From NCBI GenBank assembly GCA_963782055.1, contig CAWAIF010000003.1:4416001-4480000 (forward strand): a stretch of 64,000 bases of DNA, read 5' to 3'. This document shows, one piece after another, positions 19,177 through 29,985 of the stretch (its first letter is position 1; each line of letters opens with the position of its first letter). A program made the translations under genes and the position numbers. The notes beneath the pieces were generated by a model. The model worked only from the letters and a program-made list of their open reading frames with translations. It searched no databases and had not been told where the DNA came from. The DNA is from an uncultured delta proteobacterium (lineage in GTDB: Bacteria > Myxococcota_A > Polyangia > Polyangiales > Polyangiaceae).

Positions 19177-19890
19177 TCACCCGGCCATTCCGTTCGCCCG
19201 CGTCGCCGGGCCGAGCCGATATCCCACACCCGAGACCGGTTCGATCTCCACACCCAGAGGGAGCAGCTTCGACCGCAGGCGGCGGAGTGCCTCATGGATC
19301 GCGTGGCGATCGTGCGACGGCTCGTGCCCGAGCCGCACCAGGAGCTCGGCGAATGTCACCGTCTCGGGAAATCGGGCGATGAGCTTCGCCAGCAGAAGGG
19401 CCTGACTCGAGGTGAGGGAGACGGATTCACGGCCGACATGGAGCACCTTGCTTCGCGAATCGAGGAGCAAGGCCGCCGCCGGCGGGCGGGTGACGAGGTG
19501 CTCCCCCGACGTGCGCCGGGCGAGCGCGCGGACCTGCTCGAAGAAGACCGTGAGGTCGGCCAGCGGCGTCGGCATGGTCACGTCCGCGCCGGCGCGCAGA
19601 CCCTCCGCCCGATCCTCCACGGACCAGTCCCTCGCGGAGTAGAGAAGCACCGGCGTCCGCGCGACGGCCCGGATCGCGCGCGCGACGTCTACGCCGTTCA
19701 TCTGGCCACGGCCGAGGTCCCAGTCGGTGGCGACGACGTCGAACTTGCCGTCGCGCACGAGGGAGAGCGCCTCCTCGGGCGACGCGGTCAGCAGCCAGTC
19801 CCACGTCGCCGCAGGATGATGGGCGATCTCCCGCGCGAAGGCTCGCCGGATCAGATAGTCGTCGTCGACCAGCAGTACCCGCATCCCCAC
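19177..19890 (-). CDS. OmpR-family response regulator
   Basis: RVLLVDDD receiver; winged helix LRRLRSKL...IEPVSGVGYRL. Confidence 0.85.
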   Translation of the reverse strand: MGMRVLLVDDDYLIRRAFAREIAHHPAATWDWLLTASPEEALSLVRDGKFDVVATDWDLGRGQMNGVDVARAIRAVARTPVLLYSARDWSVEDRAEGLRAGADVTMPTPLADLTVFFEQVRALARRTSGEHLVTRPPAAALLLDSRSKVLHVGRESVSLTSSQALLLAKLIARFPETVTFAELLVRLGHEPSHDRHAIHEALRRLRSKLLPLGVEIEPVSGVGYRLGPATRANGMAG

Positions 19891-20034
19891 CTCCTGGCTA
19901 CGAGCCTACCACCTTCTCATGGCCAGGGCGCGCTAGACATCACTCGTACAATCCGTCAGTGACTGGCCGCGGACGTGGATGTGACGATCCGGCGACGACT
20001 GGGTGCGCGTTTCCGTAGACCCGCCTACACCCGC

Positions 20035-21438
20035 CTACTGATCCGCGGCAAGCGGGATGTCGGCAACGGGATTCTGCTGGATCCCGAGCTCCGGGCCATT
20101 CTGGTCCCACTGGCTCCACAGCACGTCGTTGATGACGCTCCCTCCCATGATGAACTCGTACTTCACCGGTTGCAGCTCCCGGCGGGTGCCGTCCGCCAAC
20201 CGCAGAAGCTCGACATCAGGCCCCCTTTGGGAGGACCCGCCGCCCCCGCCCCACATCAAATAGCCGTCGCTCATCCGCGAGCCGCAGCCTCCGCCACAGA
20301 GAGCCTCGCCCACGCCCACCACCGGCTGCACGGACGCGGGGTCCGGCGTATAGGGGCTGGTGTAGAGTACGTTGCTCGCGTAGTTGTTCGAGGACTCGAT
20401 CCAGGTGATCGCGGTCCCGTCAGTCGCGAGATCGTGGGCGACAGTGCCTTGCGGGAGGTTCGGACGAAACGGCCGCACGCCGTTCGTCTGATCCCACACG
20501 TAGGCCTGGTCGGCGCCATCGAAGACGCCATCGAAGAAGACCGCTCCGTCGTCGTTCACAGTCACGTGGAGGTCCGCGATGGACAGCGGCTGTCCGCTGT
20601 ACTTCAACGCCGTGAGCTGCTTGGTCGCCCGATTCTCGATGACGATGGCGCCGGTAGAATCGAAGATGTGGGCGACGTACGCTTTCCCGGGGTAGCTGCT
20701 GTCCAGAAGCGTGTTCGCGGTGGGCACGCTGTTGCCGGGGATCAAGGAGTCCGGGCTTGTCTTGGCCAGCAGCTCGTCCGCGGTGCCGATGATCTCGCGG
20801 TACTCCTTCACCTGGCTGCCCGCGTCCACACCGGGTCGTACCGATTGGACGAGGACCGCGGTGTCGCCGTACAGCGTGCTGATGGACTCCAGGCAGGGAT
20901 CGTCTCCGTCGTGTCGCCAGGCGCCGATGATCCCCGCGTTCTGCCGCCACAGCACGAACTCCCGCTGGTACGGGGCGTAGTCCCTGCCGAAGAAGAGCAA
21001 CACGTCGCCCTGGCTGGACCGGGTCGCGTCGAGGCGAGCGAGCTGCATTCCCTTGACCGGTGTCCAGTCCTGCACGAGCTGCTGGCAACCCGGACGCCCG
21101 GAGGAGCACGCCTTCCAGTGCAGGGGTGGAACCTGCGCGAGCATCGCCTTGTCCGCCGGCTGGTAGAGGCCGCAGCCGGGGTCCGACCACGGCGCCTTCA
21201 CCCAGCCGTCGACGAAACCGGGCACCGTCCCGTCGGACAGCGCGGCGTCGGCAGCGCCGGTGTCCGGCCCCGCCTCCGGCGGGCCCGCGTCACGGCGTGT
21301 CTTGCCGTACGAGTCGGGGCCGCCATCGGCGGGCTGGGCCCCCGGATCGCTGCACGATCCGGCCGCCATCAGTACGCCCAGCGCGGCGACGGCCGCCGCT
21401 GGAAGCGCCCACGCGAACCGCCGCCTCATGATGCGCAT
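20035..21438 (-). CDS. Lipoprotein, possible beta-propeller
   Basis: Signal peptide AGSC, DAG linker. Confidence 0.7.
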   Translation of the reverse strand: MRIMRRRFAWALPAAAVAALGVLMAAGSCSDPGAQPADGGPDSYGKTRRDAGPPEAGPDTGAADAALSDGTVPGFVDGWVKAPWSDPGCGLYQPADKAMLAQVPPLHWKACSSGRPGCQQLVQDWTPVKGMQLARLDATRSSQGDVLLFFGRDYAPYQREFVLWRQNAGIIGAWRHDGDDPCLESISTLYGDTAVLVQSVRPGVDAGSQVKEYREIIGTADELLAKTSPDSLIPGNSVPTANTLLDSSYPGKAYVAHIFDSTGAIVIENRATKQLTALKYSGQPLSIADLHVTVNDDGAVFFDGVFDGADQAYVWDQTNGVRPFRPNLPQGTVAHDLATDGTAITWIESSNNYASNVLYTSPYTPDPASVQPVVGVGEALCGGGCGSRMSDGYLMWGGGGGSSQRGPDVELLRLADGTRRELQPVKYEFIMGGSVINDVLWSQWDQNGPELGIQQNPVADIPLAADQ

Positions 21439-21618
21439 TCTGGCCCGGACAGGCCCGGGCGGCCACAGAAAAGCTGGGCCATCGTCACTGGCACAGCGAC
21501 GACACGGAGCCGAAGGAGACCGGGGCCGGGGTCACCGCCACGTCGTCGAATAGAGTGTAAGTGGCGTCCCCGGGCCAGCCGTCGTCGTGGCTGGTGAGCG
21601 TCAGGGTGTAGCTGTCGC

Positions 21619-21718
21619 CACCCTGGTCCGTCCTTCCAGTGACACCGGACGGCCCCACTTCGCATAAGATGGATTCCGTAAACTTTCGCGCCCGACCGCG
21701 CTAGGATTTCCTATGCGC
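21619..21718 (+). repeat. 100-bp dif-like unit, copy 7
   Basis: Identical to copy 1. Confidence 0.97.
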
Positions 21719-21784
21719 CCGGAGGCGTACCTCGATAGTGGCCTAGGAGCAAGCCTCCCCGGCGCCCGCTGGCGACTGCCTGTT

Positions 21785-21973
21785 CCCCGCGCCGAGGTCC
21801 GCCCCGTGCAGCACACCAGCCTCCCCGATGGCGCGCGCGAGCGCGACATCGAGGGGAGGGGCGCCACGCGCAGGGCTCGCGCGCAAGCCGTCGTGCGTGC
21901 CGTAGTCCGTGCTCATGCACCCACCGCCGGCACGCGCGACGGCGAGCACGAGCCCGAGCATGGCGCCCGGAGG
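21785..21973 (+). repeat. ~190-bp repeat B, copy 1
   Basis: Similar to ~46811-47002; both are followed by Rhs fragments. Confidence 0.8.
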
Positions 21974-23437
21974 GGGAATGTCCCCGGCGATGTTGAACTT
22001 CTGAAGTTGTAGCGGCGGCTCCTTGGCCGGCCTGAGAATCGGGTCGACCAAGAACCAACTGCCCGGGACGGGGCAAGGAGCCGCCATGAAGAAGAGAGCC
22101 GCAAAGAGGAACAGGAAGCAAGAGGCGTCGGCGGGGGCCGCGCTGCCGGAGGCGTTCCGGCAGATGGTCCTGCCGATGATCGCCGGCATCGAGGTCACTC
22201 GGAGCGGCTTGCTGGCGTTCGTCCACGCGATGGGTCGCGCCGCACTCGACGAGCTTCTTCGGGGCGAGGCCGAGCGCGTCGCTGGCCCGAAGGGCAAGCA
22301 CGTCGCTGGTCGTGCCGCGCACCACTGGGGTACGACCCACACGCCGCTGCCGTTCGGTGGGCGTGACATCGTCGTGCAGCGGCCGCGCGTCCGCAGCAAG
22401 GACGGGCGCGAGGTCGCCTTGCCGTTGGTGGAGGAGCTTCGTCGTCGCGACCCGCTGCCCGACCGGGTCGCCGAGCAGATCGTGCTCGGCGTCTCGACGC
22501 GCGGCTACGAGCGGAGCCTGGAGCCGGTCGCGGCCGGAACCAGGACGCGGCGCGCGAGCAAGAGTGCGGCGAGCCGGGCGCTCGTGGACAAGACCACGGA
22601 GAGGATGAGCGCGTTCCTCCGCCGCCGTCTTGACGCGCTCGACATCGTGGCGATGTTCGCCGACGGACTGGAGGTGGCGAGCCAGACAGTCATCGTGGCC
22701 CTCGGCGTCACGGCCGACGGGACGAAGGTGCCGCTGGGCCTCTGGCTCGGCTCGACGGAGAACGCGGCGGTCTGCACCTCGCTCGTGCAGAACCTGGTCG
22801 AGCGGGGGCTGAGGATCGACGGCAAGATCCTGTGCGTGATCGACGGCGGCAAGGGGCTGCGCAAGGCGCTCTGCGACGTGCTCGGGTCGAGCGCGGTGCT
22901 GCAGCGCTGCCAGGTCCACAAGACGCGCAACGTCCGCGACCATCTGCCCGACTCGCGCAGGGCGTACGTGAGCGGCCAGATGCGCGAGGCGTACCGGACG
23001 CGCAACGCGAAGGTCGCCAAGAAGCGCCTGCTTCAGCTCGCGTCGTGGCTCGACAAGAACGGCGAGGACGCGGCGGCCGGCAGCCTGCGCGAGGGTCTCG
23101 ACGAGACGCTCACCGTGCTCAAGCTCGGCCTCCATCCCACCCTCTGCCGCACCTTCGCGACGACCAACGCCATCGAGAACATGAACGGGACCATCCGCCG
23201 CATCACGCGCAACGTGAAGCGCTGGCGCGGCGGCCCGATGATCCGCCGCTGGGTCGCCCTCGCGGTGGTCGAAGCGCAGAAGAAGTTTCGGCGCGTGAAG
23301 GGTCACGCCCACATGTCCGCGCTCGTCCGCGCCCTGCGCCCCGAGCAGCTCCCCGTTGCCGACGAGGAGAAGGTCGCGTAGTCCATCAGACCGCCGCCGG
23401 TGCGACTGCCAAGTTCAACACGGCGTGGGACATCCCC
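21974..23437 (+). mobile_element. IS256-family element
   Basis: IRs GGGAATGTCC...TGTTGAACTT / AAGTTCAACA...GGACATCCCC; 8-bp TSD CCCGGAGG. Confidence 0.93.
22086..23381 (+). CDS. IS256-family transposase
   Basis: GVSTRGY, FADG, VIDGGKGL, QRCQVHK.RN, TTNAIE. Confidence 0.95.
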   Translation: MKKRAAKRNRKQEASAGAALPEAFRQMVLPMIAGIEVTRSGLLAFVHAMGRAALDELLRGEAERVAGPKGKHVAGRAAHHWGTTHTPLPFGGRDIVVQRPRVRSKDGREVALPLVEELRRRDPLPDRVAEQIVLGVSTRGYERSLEPVAAGTRTRRASKSAASRALVDKTTERMSAFLRRRLDALDIVAMFADGLEVASQTVIVALGVTADGTKVPLGLWLGSTENAAVCTSLVQNLVERGLRIDGKILCVIDGGKGLRKALCDVLGSSAVLQRCQVHKTRNVRDHLPDSRRAYVSGQMREAYRTRNAKVAKKRLLQLASWLDKNGEDAAAGSLREGLDETLTVLKLGLHPTLCRTFATTNAIENMNGTIRRITRNVKRWRGGPMIRRWVALAVVEAQKKFRRVKGHAHMSALVRALRPEQLPVADEEKVA

Positions 23438-23445
23438 CCCGGAGG

Positions 23446-23681
23446 GGCATCCCTCCTCCATGCGCTCGTACACCCAGACCTGCGACTACGACGAGGTCGG
23501 CAACATCCTCGGGATGTTCCACACCGCCACCAGCGCCAACTGGAACCGCCACTACACCTACGACTCCTCCTCCAACAAGCTCGCCACGACCGAGATGCCC
23601 GGCGATCCCTCCGGCGGCCCCTACTCCGGCACCTACTCCCACGACGAGCGCGGCAACATGACCGCCATGCCCCACCTGTCT
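23446..23681 (+). pseudogene. Rhs fragment, truncated by repeat
   Basis: Near-identical to 4908-5128. Confidence 0.9.
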
Positions 23682-23781
23682 CACCCTGGTCCGTCCTTCC
23701 AGTGACACCGGACGGCCCCACTTCGCATAAGATGGATTTCGTAAACTTTCGCGCCCGACCGCGCTAGCATTTCTTATGCGC
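23682..23781 (+). repeat. 100-bp dif-like unit, copy 8
   Basis: Ends TTCTTATGCGC. Confidence 0.97.
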
Positions 23782-24026
23782 CTCCTCAGGAGAGCTGGGA
23801 GACCCGTCGCAGGCGTCGCCGGAGAAGGAAGAAGAACAAGCCATGCAGTTGTCTCTGCTACCGCAAGGGCTGGGGCCCAAGCGCGCTGGGACAAAAGGAT
23901 AGCCCAGATGATTGCAAGTCCGCGTGTCAGGATAGTCCCGTTGGTCCCTACGACGCCTACAAATACGGTGGCTCGAATCCCACATGGTTTGACTGAACCC
24001 GATTGTGGGGCGGCGGGAGCTGAGGC

Positions 24027-24512
24027 ATGACGGTGTTGGGTCCTGATAGCTTTTGGACCACCGCGTCGATGGTCGCGAGGCGACCTGCATGGGTCCCGGT
24101 GCAAGCCGCCTATGAGCTGAAGCGCCCAGTGCTCGTGCTGGGAAGGCAGTGGACGCTTTGTTGCAAGCTGCACCTAATACCGGTCCTTCGCCGGCGCCGG
24201 CCTTTGGGCAGTGTGGCTATTCGTGCTAGTGTCACAATGTGGCCGCCACGATACGCAGCCAAGTACCGAGAACGGCTGAAGCAAGCTGGTTGGTACAAGG
24301 TGGTGGCCGCGGAACTGCGAGTGCTTGGGTACCACGGCACGTGGTGCGATTGGGAGAACGGGAAGATGGCTGATTTCTGGAAGGATATTGCCTCGGCTGA
24401 CGACGTTGGCCGCGAACTCGCACAACTGGAGCAGTTCGATCCCGCCACTCCGGAGCCGGCGGACGAGCGAAGCCGGTTGCCCAACCGCCGAACGTCCCGC
24501 GCACGGCCGGGC
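24027..24512 (+). CDS. Hypothetical protein running into repeat
   Basis: ORF with GAGG RBS; lower GC. Confidence 0.5.
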
Positions 24513-24612
24513 CACCCTGGTCCGTCCTTCCAGTGACACCGGACGGCCCCACTTCGCATAAGAGGGATTTCGTAAACTTTCGCGCCCGACCGCGCTAGGA
24601 TTTCATATGCGC
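24513..24612 (+). repeat. 100-bp dif-like unit, copy 9
   Basis: Spacer GAGGGA. Confidence 0.97.
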
Positions 24613-25101
24613 CTCATGAACCAGCACGATCCTGGCGCGCCCTTCTACGCGGACTTCGGTCGCGTCGGCGCGACCAACCTGACCGGGCAGGATCTTGGCC
24701 GTTACGTCCATGGGGCGATTGGCCAGAAGTACGTGGACATGTGGGGACCCATGCGCCTGCTCGAGCGGCCGCTCTCCGCCGAGCAGGACAGCCACAGGCC
24801 GGGGTCCACGCGCAACGACTTCGAGCACGGGTACATCCTCTTCGGCCCCGGGGGTGCGTTCGAGGTGCATGGCGCGATCGCGGACGCCTACGCCTGGGGC
24901 TACGGCAACCCCACGTTCGGGCACCCTACGCTGGACGGCGGGTGGCTGGGGCTGCCCACCTCGGACGAGAAGGACGTCCCTGAGTGGTTCTCTCTCTGGT
25001 GCGCCGGCGGCCGGGTGAACGACTTCGAGGGCGGATCCATCACGTGGTGCCCGCACCGAAATTCGGAGATCCAGTTCTGGAAGGGGGTGTGGTTCTCATG
25101 A
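24613..25101 (+). pseudogene. LGFP-repeat protein, 5'-truncated
   Basis: VHGAI twice, LGLPTSDE, NDFE.G.I.W. Confidence 0.75.
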
Positions 25102-25346
25102 CGTGCGGAACGCTGCGAGCTTGCAAGGGCCTGGCGGCTGCCCTCATCACGGCCTTGGCCGGGTGTAGTTCCACCGGGCGTGTGGTGGATGCCGGAACGA
25201 CTGATGCCGGTGGTTCCGATGCCACAAGGCCCTGCGCCCCGGCCGGGGAGGGGTGCGGTATTCAAGGAAGCTATGGCGAAAGTAACTGCTGTCCTGGCTT
25301 CAACTGCATCAAAACGAACCCGGCCTCCGTGCCCCATTGTCTGTGA
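25098..25346 (+). CDS. Small Cys-rich lipoprotein
   Basis: Lipobox LAGC, DAG repeats, CC..C tail. Confidence 0.55.
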   Translation: MTCGTLRACKGLAAALITALAGCSSTGRVVDAGTTDAGGSDATRPCAPAGEGCGIQGSYGESNCCPGFNCIKTNPASVPHCL

Positions 25347-25376
25347 AGGCGAACGTCTGACTTTGGATGCCATGCT

Positions 25377-25425
25377 CACCCTGGTCCGTCCTTCCAGTGA
25401 CACCGGACGGCCCCACTTCGCATAA
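25377..25425 (+). repeat. Left half of 100-bp unit (copy 10), ends at the XerC-like arm
   Basis: ...ACTTCGCATAA then foreign sequence; right half at 31012. Confidence 0.95.
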
Positions 25426-26053
25426 GTAAGAGTCGATTGCGTGAGCGCGCCGGGTCGCGGCGGCGGTCGCGTGGCGCGGGTGCGCGGTCGCGAAATCGAC
25501 GGTTGGACGAAGCCGGTGCGCGGCAGCGGCGAGGCGGTGGCCTCGGAGCCCTATGGGGAAGTTGGCGGCGTGTGGGTCACGTGTGCGGGTGCGCGAGGTG
25601 CGGAGCGGGCGGCGGGACGGCGCTCGACGCGGGCGTCCCGGAGCGCGCAGCGGGCAGCCGTGCGTGCTCGGAGGCCGGGTTTTCGTGGCGTGGATGGACA
25701 GGGGCCTGGGCCGCACTCGTGGAGCGAGCGCAGTGGAGCACGACGCGGGGAGATCATGCGGCCCCCGGCGGGTCGCGAGCTCGGGGCTCCGGCAGCGCGG
25801 TACGCACGAGGGCAGGCGTGTGGCAAGCGGGGCAGCGGTGCAGGTCGATGCCCGCGATTCGCAGCAGCAGGTCGGCGGCGTCGACACGGCGCACCGGTCG
25901 CGCAGCGGGCGCCGCGTGCGGACCCAGTCTGCGGCGTGCGGTCTCGAGGCGCGTGGTGGCGTGGCTGGCGGAGTGCAGGGTAACCCATCGGTGATCTGAC
26001 GTACTCCCCGGCGGGACGGATCCCCGCTACGCGCATTGGCGGAGGTCAGCGCG

Positions 26054-26386
26054 ATGGGAAAGCGGGACGGTGCGCGGCAGTGGCGGCAGTGGACGGAGCA
26101 GCAGGCGCGGGCGGCCCTCGCGGAGCTCGCGGCGAGCGGTGAGAGCGCGGCGGGCTTCGCGCGGCGCAAGGGCGTGTCGTCGCAGCGGCTCGCGTACTGG
26201 AGGGGCCGCCTCGCGCGTCCGGCGAGCACGGAGTTCGTGGCCGTGGAGCTTGCGGGCGACAGCCTGGCGCGGTGGATGGAGATCGTCGTTGGGGGTGTGG
26301 TCGTTCGCGTGCGGGAGGAGCTGGACGCGGAGCGGGTGGCGCAGCTGGTGAGGGCGCTCGGGCGGCAGGTGGGCGGCGCGTGCTGA
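26054..26386 (+). CDS. IS66 accessory protein TnpA
   Basis: [24 protein letters not shown]. Confidence 0.85.
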   Translation: MGKRDGARQWRQWTEQQARAALAELAASGESAAGFARRKGVSSQRLAYWRGRLARPASTEFVAVELAGDSLARWMEIVVGGVVVRVREELDAERVAQLVRALGRQVGGAC

Positions 26387-26754
26387 CGCTGCCGCCCGGC
26401 GTGCGCGTGTTCGTCGCGACCGAGCGCGTCGACGGGCGCAAGGGGATCGACGGGCTCTCGGTGCTCGTGCGGTCACGGTTCGCCGAGGACCCGCTCTCGG
26501 GGACGATGTTCGTCTTCTTCTCGCGTCGCGCCGACCGCGTGCGAGTCCTGTACTGGGATCGCGACGGCTACGTGCTCATCACCAAGCGGCTGGAGAAGGG
26601 AAGCTACCGGTTGCCGTGGCCCGGCGAGGGAGGGCGCGCGGTCATCGAAGCGGCGGAGCTGCTCCTGGTGCTCGAGGGGATCGAGCTTCGCGGGGCCGGC
26701 CGGCGGATGCGCTGGTCGCCCTCCCCCCGTGTGCGACCGGCGCCCACTTTGTGA
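26380..26754 (+). CDS. IS66 accessory protein TnpB
   Basis: [30 protein letters not shown]. Confidence 0.92.
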   Translation: MLTLPPGVRVFVATERVDGRKGIDGLSVLVRSRFAEDPLSGTMFVFFSRRADRVRVLYWDRDGYVLITKRLEKGSYRLPWPGEGGRAVIEAAELLLVLEGIELRGAGRRMRWSPSPRVRPAPTL

Positions 26755-26822
26755 GATCCATCTTCGTGGCTGCGATCGAATCGTCTTTCCATCGGGCGCG
26801 CCCTGCGGCAAAGAGGATCAGC

Positions 26823-28424
26823 GTGTCCGCGTCGAGCAACAAGCACCCGCCCATCACCAGCGCGATCGAGCCCGATCTCGGCGCGGTGAGGAAGTTCATC
26901 GCGGACATGATCGCCAGGGGCGCCGTCGCCGAGCTGATCGCTGCGGTCGTGGGGTTGCTCGTGCGCATGCGCGAGCTCAACACGGAGTTGATGCGCAGGG
27001 TCGCGAGCAAGTCGCGCAGGCGCCCGCCCAACGAGGCGATGCGGCGCCTGCAGATGGAGCTGCCGTTTCTGTGCGCGCCCGCCGCCAACGATGGCGCCAA
27101 ACCCGGCCTCCCCCGGGAGAAGAAGCCGAGGAAGCGCGGCGCCCACAAGCCCACGCCGCATGGCCGGCCCAAGCTGCCGGCGCACCTGCCGCGCGTCCCC
27201 AACGTGCTCCTGGTCCCCGCCGCCGATCGCGTGTGTCCGGACTGCGACGTCGCGCTCACGCGCGTCTGCCTCAAGACCACGGCGGAGAAGCTCGACGTCA
27301 GGCCGTCGGAGTACATCGTCGTGCAGACGCAGCTCGAGACGTGCTCCTGTCCCAAGTGTCGCCGCTACCTCGTGACCGCGCCCACCCCGGACGAGGTCGT
27401 GGATCGTGGGCTGCTCGGCGACGAGCTTCTCGTGCAGGCGCTGGTGGATCACTACCAGGACGCGGTGCCGTGGGAGCGGATGGAGCGCAACGCGCGACAA
27501 CAGGACGTGCCGCTCGCCGCCAACACGGTGGCGTCCTCCGTCGGGAAGGTGATCGACCTGTTCGACCCCGTCGTGCGCCACATCCGCGAGGCGTGCCTGT
27601 CGTCGAGCTTCACCGCGCTCGACGCGACGCGCATGCCCGTGCTCGACCCGACGCATCCGCTCGGCATCAAGAGCGGCGCGCTCTGGCTCATCGAGGGGGA
27701 TCATCGCCATGCGTGCTTCCTCTACGCGCCGAGCGGCCACGCCGAGCACCTGAAGAAGTTCTTCGAGGGCCGCACGCTCCGCAGCGTGATGTGCGATGGG
27801 TCGCCCACCAACAACTGCGTCGAGCACGCCGGCGGCCATCGTGGCGGCTGCAACGCCCATGGCCGGCGCGGCCTGGTCGAGGCGCTTCGTCGCGGCGACG
27901 CGCGCGCCGTGCCCGGGCTGGAGCTCTACGCCAAGATCTTCCACGTCGACGCCCAGTCCAGGCGCGCAGGCGAGAGCATCGACCGGCGCTTCGAGCGGCG
28001 CCTCGAGGACAGCGCGCCCATCGTGGCCGAGCTTCGCGCCTGGCTCTCCCTGCGCCTCGCCGACGTCGAGCCCAGGAGCGTGCTCGGCCAGGCGCTCCGC
28101 TACCTCGATCGCCAGTGGTCGCGCCTCACGGCCTTCCTTCGCGATCCGCGCATGGAGCTCACCAACAACGAGGTCGAGGCCGGACTTCGGACCTGGGTCC
28201 TCGATCGCAAGACGTGGCTCTTCGTCGGCCACGAGCAGAGCGCACGCCGCGCCGCCGACGCCCTCACCCTCCTCACCACGTGCAAGAAGATGGCGATCGA
28301 CCCGCGCGCCTACTTGCGCGACACCCTCGCGAGGATCCTCGCTGGTGAGAAGAGCCTGGCGGCGCTGCTGCCGGAGACCTACGCGGCCTCGCGCGCCGAG
28401 CGGGCGCCACCCCGCGCCGCGTAG
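26823..28424 (+). CDS. IS66 transposase TnpC
   Basis: LPAHLPR, CPDC, DAT, CNAHGRR, TNNEVE, RKTWLF. Confidence 0.93.
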   Translation: MSASSNKHPPITSAIEPDLGAVRKFIADMIARGAVAELIAAVVGLLVRMRELNTELMRRVASKSRRRPPNEAMRRLQMELPFLCAPAANDGAKPGLPREKKPRKRGAHKPTPHGRPKLPAHLPRVPNVLLVPAADRVCPDCDVALTRVCLKTTAEKLDVRPSEYIVVQTQLETCSCPKCRRYLVTAPTPDEVVDRGLLGDELLVQALVDHYQDAVPWERMERNARQQDVPLAANTVASSVGKVIDLFDPVVRHIREACLSSSFTALDATRMPVLDPTHPLGIKSGALWLIEGDHRHACFLYAPSGHAEHLKKFFEGRTLRSVMCDGSPTNNCVEHAGGHRGGCNAHGRRGLVEALRRGDARAVPGLELYAKIFHVDAQSRRAGESIDRRFERRLEDSAPIVAELRAWLSLRLADVEPRSVLGQALRYLDRQWSRLTAFLRDPRMELTNNEVEAGLRTWVLDRKTWLFVGHEQSARRAADALTLLTTCKKMAIDPRAYLRDTLARILAGEKSLAALLPETYAASRAERAPPRAA

Positions 28425-28486
28425 CCCTCACGGACATGCGCTCCGGGGGGCTGACGCGCCGCCGGGGCCGTGCTTTCGTGCACGTC

Positions 28487-28945
28487 ATGTTGCCGCTCGA
28501 AGGCTCGTTGCTGGAGAAGTTGCGCAAGATCGAGGCGCTCCACGCGGGCACGCGCGTGGATGGCGAGCGCGAGGCCGCGCGGCGCGCCGCCGAGCGCATT
28601 CGTGCCCGGCTCGCCGAGCTTCGCGGCCGCGAGCAGGACACCCTGCTCCACTACACCCTGCCCGATCCCTGGACACGCAGGCTCTTCGTCGCGCTGTGTC
28701 GCCGCTACGGTCTCGTCCCCTTTCGCGAGAGCGGCCGCCGGTACACCACCGTCCAGGTGCGCGCACCCAAGGCCTTCCACGACCACACGCTCTGGCCGCA
28801 GTTCCTCGCGCTCTCCGAGGAGCTCAACGCGCACCTCGACGAGCTCACCACCCGCGTCATCCGCGAGGCGATCAACGACGACGTGAGCGACCCGCAAGAC
28901 GGCGCTCCGCCCAAGGCGCTGCCCGAGCCGACTCGCGGCGCCTGA
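28487..28945 (+). CDS. IS66 passenger hypothetical protein
   Basis: LLEKLRKIEALHAG..GEREAA; inside the IS66 IRs. Confidence 0.7.
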   Translation: MLPLEGSLLEKLRKIEALHAGTRVDGEREAARRAAERIRARLAELRGREQDTLLHYTLPDPWTRRLFVALCRRYGLVPFRESGRRYTTVQVRAPKAFHDHTLWPQFLALSEELNAHLDELTTRVIREAINDDVSDPQDGAPPKALPEPTRGA

Positions 28946-29985
28946 CGCCGTCATGGCTCCAGCCGACGGCGGGCGGACAGCACGCGCCAGTCGCCGGATC
29001 AACAGGCCCCGTGGACGTCGATCACCGATGGGTTACGGTGCAGGCCGTAGTGGCGGATCTTGACGAAGCCGCGCGGCAGCACGTGCTGGACGAAGCGCGC
29101 GAGCAGCTCCTCGGCCGGGACGGTGACCGACTTGCCGTCTCTGGTGCGGAAGGTGACGCCGCGCTCGCCCATCGAGACGAAGCGGTGGTTGGAGATGCCG
29201 ACGCGGTGAGTGTAGCGACCGAGGTAGCGGATGACCTGAGCGGGGCCGCCGAAGGGTCGCTTGGCGTAGACGACCCAGGCCTTGCGTCGGAGCGCCAGCA
29301 GGTCGACGCCGCCCAGGTCGACGAGGCCGCGCGCGTGGGCGCGCTCGAGAGCGGCGAGCATCTTGCCGCGAAAGAGCGCGCCCATCACGCGCACGGGGAA
29401 GAGGAAGCGACGGCGCGCGCGCACCCAGCGCGCGGCGTGGCCGGTGAGTCCGCCGCCGGTGACGATGGCGTGCACGTGGGGGTGGAAGAGCAGCGCGCGC
29501 GTCCAGGTGTGCAGGACCATCGTGACGCCGAGCTCGGCGCCGAGCCACTTCGGATCCCGCGCGAGGGTGGCCAGCGTGTCGGCCGCGCTCGCGAAGAGCA
29601 TGTCGAAGACCCGCGCGCGCGAGCGCCGCGCGACGGCGCGCAGCTCGGCGGGGAGCGTGAAGACGACGTGGAAGTAGTGCACGGGCAGAATGCGCTCGAG
29701 CCGCGTGGCGACCCACCGCGCCTGCGCGAGCGACTGGCACTTGGGACAGTGCCGGTTGCGGCACGAGTTGTACGACGGTCGCTCGAGCCCGCACGCGGTG
29801 CACACGTCCAGATGTCCGCCCAGCGCGGCGGTCCGGCATCGCTCGATCGCCCGCAGCGCCGACCGCTCCTCGGGACGCAGCACGCGGCCGCCGGCGAAGG
29901 CCTCGCCGTGGGCGCGCACCACGTCCGCGAGCTCGATGGGCGCCGCGCGCGTGCGCGCGGGCGCACACGACGGGTGCATCGGGGC

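Larger units (their letters stand above)
25980..29036 (+). mobile_element. IS66-family element with passenger gene
   Basis: 17-bp IR GTAACCCATCGGTGATC; 8-bp TSD (A/G)GTGCAGG. Confidence 0.93.
25754..29979 (-). pseudogene. IS91-family (Y2/HUH) transposase interrupted by IS66
   Basis: Zn finger YNSCRNRHCPKC, HPHVH, YLGRY; after GFVKIRHYGLH the frame resumes at 25979 (SASHATTRL...CPAC...RDPP*). Confidence 0.92.

Noticed and set aside
4749..25425. CRISPR array interpretation of the 100-bp repeats
   Set aside because: Repeat too long, spacers 0 to ~6 kb, no cas genes in the window
25426..25440. GTAAG as the left end of the IS66
   Set aside because: The true IS66 IRs and TSD are at 25980 and 29036; 25426 is the end of the int + IS91 element
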